Shown here: positions 21,722 to 24,000 of the stretch, one piece after another
Layout: each line of letters starts with the position of its first letter
Numbering within the stretch: position 1 is the stretch's first letter
Source: Bacillus phage Bp8p-C
Sequence record: NC_029121.1
Direction: 5' to 3' (one strand)
DNA: 24,000 nt
Program-made: the position numbers and the translations under genes
The notes under the pieces: generated by a model
The model's database searches: none
The model's input: the letters and a program-made list of their open reading frames with translations, nothing else
Told to the model about the DNA's origin: nothing

Positions 21722-22843
21722 TTATTTAAGCTTGGAGAGCTTTTGCTCTATCAGTTTAATAGCAAGCTGGTACTCTTCAAACACGCTAGGGTTTACATCT
21801 CTATGGGTTTCTGTTACCGCCTGCGAGAACTCCTTAAGACTACCTGAGAAACATCCTCGAGTACATAGAATACCATTGTACTTTGATAAGTAGGCGGTTA
21901 ACACCCCGTCTTCACTCCCGATAGGGTACAGGGTAAATACTTCTTTCACATCCCCTATCAGCGCATTACCTCTTACCCTTGCTTTTCCACCCACTACGGC
22001 GTTATTGTATAAAACAGCACCCTCCTTGACTACGGCTTCTCCGAAAACTACCGAGTCACCCTGAAGTTTAGCTTTTCCGCTTACTTCTGCGAACCCTCTT
22101 ACAGAAGCATAACCTCCAATATTTGCAGACCCGCCAACGACCGCAGCCCCTTGCACATCAGCATACCCGGTCACAACAGCTTGATCCTTAACGATAGCCT
22201 CTTTAGCTACATACGCATTTTCACTAATCACGGCTTCTCCGAAAACTCGGGCGTTACCCTTCACCAAAGCATCACCTGTGACTTGGGCGTGACCAAAAAC
22301 TTTCGCATTATCTTTTACCCAGCAGATGCCTGTATGTGAAAGGTTGTCTTCGCACTCTATATAACCTCCCAATTCTCCCTTGGACACGTCACCGAAATCT
22401 CTGACTGCTTGGATTCTGTACAGCTCTCGCCCTATTATCCCGAATACGTTGATCGTGTCGTCCTTCAGTAAAACATACTTTTTCTGTTCTGTGTTTTCCA
22501 TTGTTAACTCCTCCTTTTTATTGTCTTCTTTGGCACTTCGTAAAGCAGTAAATGTTAAAAATCCCCCAGCAGCTAGACTTATAGAAAATATAAGTAAAGC
22601 AACTACAAAGCCTGTCGCTGTAACTGTCGTAAGATTAGCAAGAAGTAGTCCTAGATGTGCTGCACCTAGGAAAGCCGGAAATAGTAAGAGCGACTCCCCT
22701 AGCGCAAACCTGCCAGCTGCACTGTAAGATATCTTTTCCGCCTTTACTAGTTCTTTATACCTCGTATCAGCTACTGCGTGCACTACTAGGACAGTAACAC
22801 TGTAGACTATGAAAGTAACCAAATACTCAAAGTCCATCTTCAA
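21722..22843 (-). CDS. membrane-anchored hexapeptide-repeat (left-handed beta-helix-like) protein (373 aa)
   Basis: N-terminal hydrophobic segments, then VKDNAKVFGHAQVTGDALVKGNARVFGEAVISENAYVAKEAIVKDQAVVTGYADVQGAAVVGG... Confidence 0.85.
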   Translation of the reverse strand: MKMDFEYLVTFIVYSVTVLVVHAVADTRYKELVKAEKISYSAAGRFALGESLLLFPAFLGAAHLGLLLANLTTVTATGFVVALLIFSISLAAGGFLTFTALRSAKEDNKKEELTMENTEQKKYVLLKDDTINVFGIIGRELYRIQAVRDFGDVSKGELGGYIECEDNLSHTGICWVKDNAKVFGHAQVTGDALVKGNARVFGEAVISENAYVAKEAIVKDQAVVTGYADVQGAAVVGGSANIGGYASVRGFAEVSGKAKLQGDSVVFGEAVVKEGAVLYNNAVVGGKARVRGNALIGDVKEVFTLYPIGSEDGVLTAYLSKYNGILCTRGCFSGSLKEFSQAVTETHRDVNPSVFEEYQLAIKLIEQKLSKLK

Positions 22844-23057
22844 ACCCCTCTACTTCCCATTCGGTATAAATCCTTTCTCGCACCCAGCTATCATGTAGTT
22901 CGTCTAGTGCAGCTGCAATTCCGCCTACGCCTTCTTTTAAATCCTCTTCAACAAACCCTAACTCTTCAAGCGTGAACGACTCCTCCTCCTCAGACCCTAA
23001 GTAGTCAGTGGAAAACTCAAACTTTACTTTGGTTTTAAGTGTCAGTTCCTTCGTCAT
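22827..23057 (-). CDS. acidic hypothetical protein (76 aa)
   Basis: GGAGGAATAAAGT upstream; overlaps the next gene start. Confidence 0.8.
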   Translation of the reverse strand: MTKELTLKTKVKFEFSTDYLGSEEEESFTLEELGFVEEDLKEGVGGIAAALDELHDSWVRERIYTEWEVEGFEDGL

Positions 23058-23095
23058 ACTTTATTCCTCCATTGGTTTATATTTACTGTAACTAC

Positions 23096-23125
23096 AGTGT
23101 AACTTACACACTACTAAACTGTCAA
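23096..23125 (-). promoter_or_regulatory. putative sigmaA-type promoter
   Basis: Minus: TTGACA-18-TACACT; GTGTAA-C-TTACAC palindrome overlaps the -10. Confidence 0.6.
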
Positions 23126-23130
23126 GCTTA

Positions 23131-23159
23131 AATAAAAAAAAATAGCCTATAAAGGCTAT
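23131..23159 (-). terminator. Rho-independent terminator
   Basis: Minus: ATAGCCT-TTAT-AGGCTAT followed by TTTTTTTTT. Confidence 0.9.
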
Positions 23160-23647
23160 CATCCGACATTAGTACAGGCGCAGTATGTGACATTCTTGCA
23201 TGTTTTACAACTTCTAATAGTTAAGTAGCCTCCGTCGTTAGGTGAAAAGCTTACAAGAGGTCCTTCATCCCTAGGAAGTACAAGACGAAGAGGTTGACCA
23301 AGAACGGACTGAAAGTAGATATCAACGAAGATGTCGTCATCCGGGTTATCGACGTCAAAATAGTGGTCTTCAAAGTCGTCAAGCGCTACCTCCCCGGCAG
23401 CTGCGTAGCTTGTCGAAGGTTCTTGATCTACCGAGTCTACTGTGTAAAGATGTCCGCCCCCTACATAGACATGAACAGAATCAGCAGTGTAAAACAAACT
23501 ATCTCTGTTGCTAAAGTTGCTTCCTTCAAAAGAAATATTTGCTTTCATATTGACAACCTCAAGCTCAAGAATGTCTTTAGCACTTACGTCTAACTTGCGC
23601 TTACCGTAGTTAATTGTTATACCGCTGATACGGTTACCTAGGTGCAT
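23159..23647 (-). CDS. hypothetical protein with C-terminal Cys cluster (CKTCKNVTYCACTNVG)
   Basis: CxxC...CxC tail suggests metal binding; GGGAGG upstream; overlaps the end of 23634-23996. Confidence 0.8.
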   Translation of the reverse strand: MHLGNRISGITINYGKRKLDVSAKDILELEVVNMKANISFEGSNFSNRDSLFYTADSVHVYVGGGHLYTVDSVDQEPSTSYAAAGEVALDDFEDHYFDVDNPDDDIFVDIYFQSVLGQPLRLVLPRDEGPLVSFSPNDGGYLTIRSCKTCKNVTYCACTNVG

Positions 23648-23996
23648 TAAAATCCCTCCCGTAATGATCTTTCAACTTATCCATCGGGAAACCGTCTGCA
23701 ATAAAAGCCTCGGTTGCTTTAAGCTTTTCTCTGTAGGCTAGATAAGTGTAAATGTGAAGCATATCCTCTCGAGTAAGAGAGGAGCCAAAGTAGCTATTTA
23801 GGGCAGTCAATAGTAATGCTGCCTTCTTCTCCGGGAGAGACTTTCCAATTGGTCGAGAGACTGCTTGAATGTACCGAGCTTCAACCTCTTTCATACTGCT
23901 TAGTCCATCGAGTCCCATAAAAATTCCATCTTCCTCGTCAATAATAAGCTCTCCTGCTCCGTAAGGGTTAAGGAATGCGATACGTATTTCCTGCAT
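23634..23996 (-). CDS. hypothetical protein (120 aa)
   Basis: Full ORF up to the window edge; RBS outside the window. Confidence 0.75.
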   Translation of the reverse strand: MQEIRIAFLNPYGAGELIIDEEDGIFMGLDGLSSMKEVEARYIQAVSRPIGKSLPEKKAALLLTALNSYFGSSLTREDMLHIYTYLAYREKLKATEAFIADGFPMDKLKDHYGRDFNAPR

Positions 23997-24000
23997 AAAT

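Noticed and set aside
22151-22727. Plus-strand ORFs opposite the hexapeptide-repeat gene
   Set aside because: Fully antisense to a gene with convincing repeat structure and RBS; no upstream signals.
23294-23593. Plus-strand ORF 23294-23593
   Set aside because: Antisense to 23159-23647, no RBS-supported reason to prefer it.
1-24000. Transposase, integrase, toxin-antitoxin or known defence system
   Set aside because: No sequence with recognisable catalytic motifs of these families was found in any listed ORF.

Overview
The window looks like part of a large lytic Bacillus myovirus, probably SPO1-related (Herelleviridae). That assignment is inference from architecture and one recognisable enzyme, not a database result. 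Layout: (A) 1-6550, plus strand, small unknown genes including three tandem paralogues, then a right-handed beta-helix tail-type protein (4066-5841) and a PghP-like poly-gamma-glutamate hydrolase (5858-6550), closed by a terminator. (B) 6600-6976, a non-coding G-rich convergent junction. (C) 6995-19631, minus strand, about 30 small, mostly acidic proteins of unknown function in about 22 short transcription units. Almost every unit starts with the same element: a sigmaA-type promoter whose -35 box is embedded in a palindrome, 5'-GGGTTGAC-N5-GTCAACCC-3' (minus-strand reading, with regular variants). This resembles the host-takeover/terminal-redundancy module of SPO1-like phages. The repeated promoter-operator is the most striking feature. 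(D) 19633-24000, minus strand, another set of unknown genes bounded by a terminator, with a 32-bp tandem repeat array and dispersed copies of its core. Other leads: paralogous acidic families, an Ocr-reminiscent acidic protein, a candidate small structured RNA with its own promoter and terminator near 9.1-9.24 kb, a 366-bp non-coding gap, four microproteins missing from the ORF track, and an in-frame internal start in a membrane/hexapeptide-repeat gene. No tRNA, CRISPR array or transposase was recognised.
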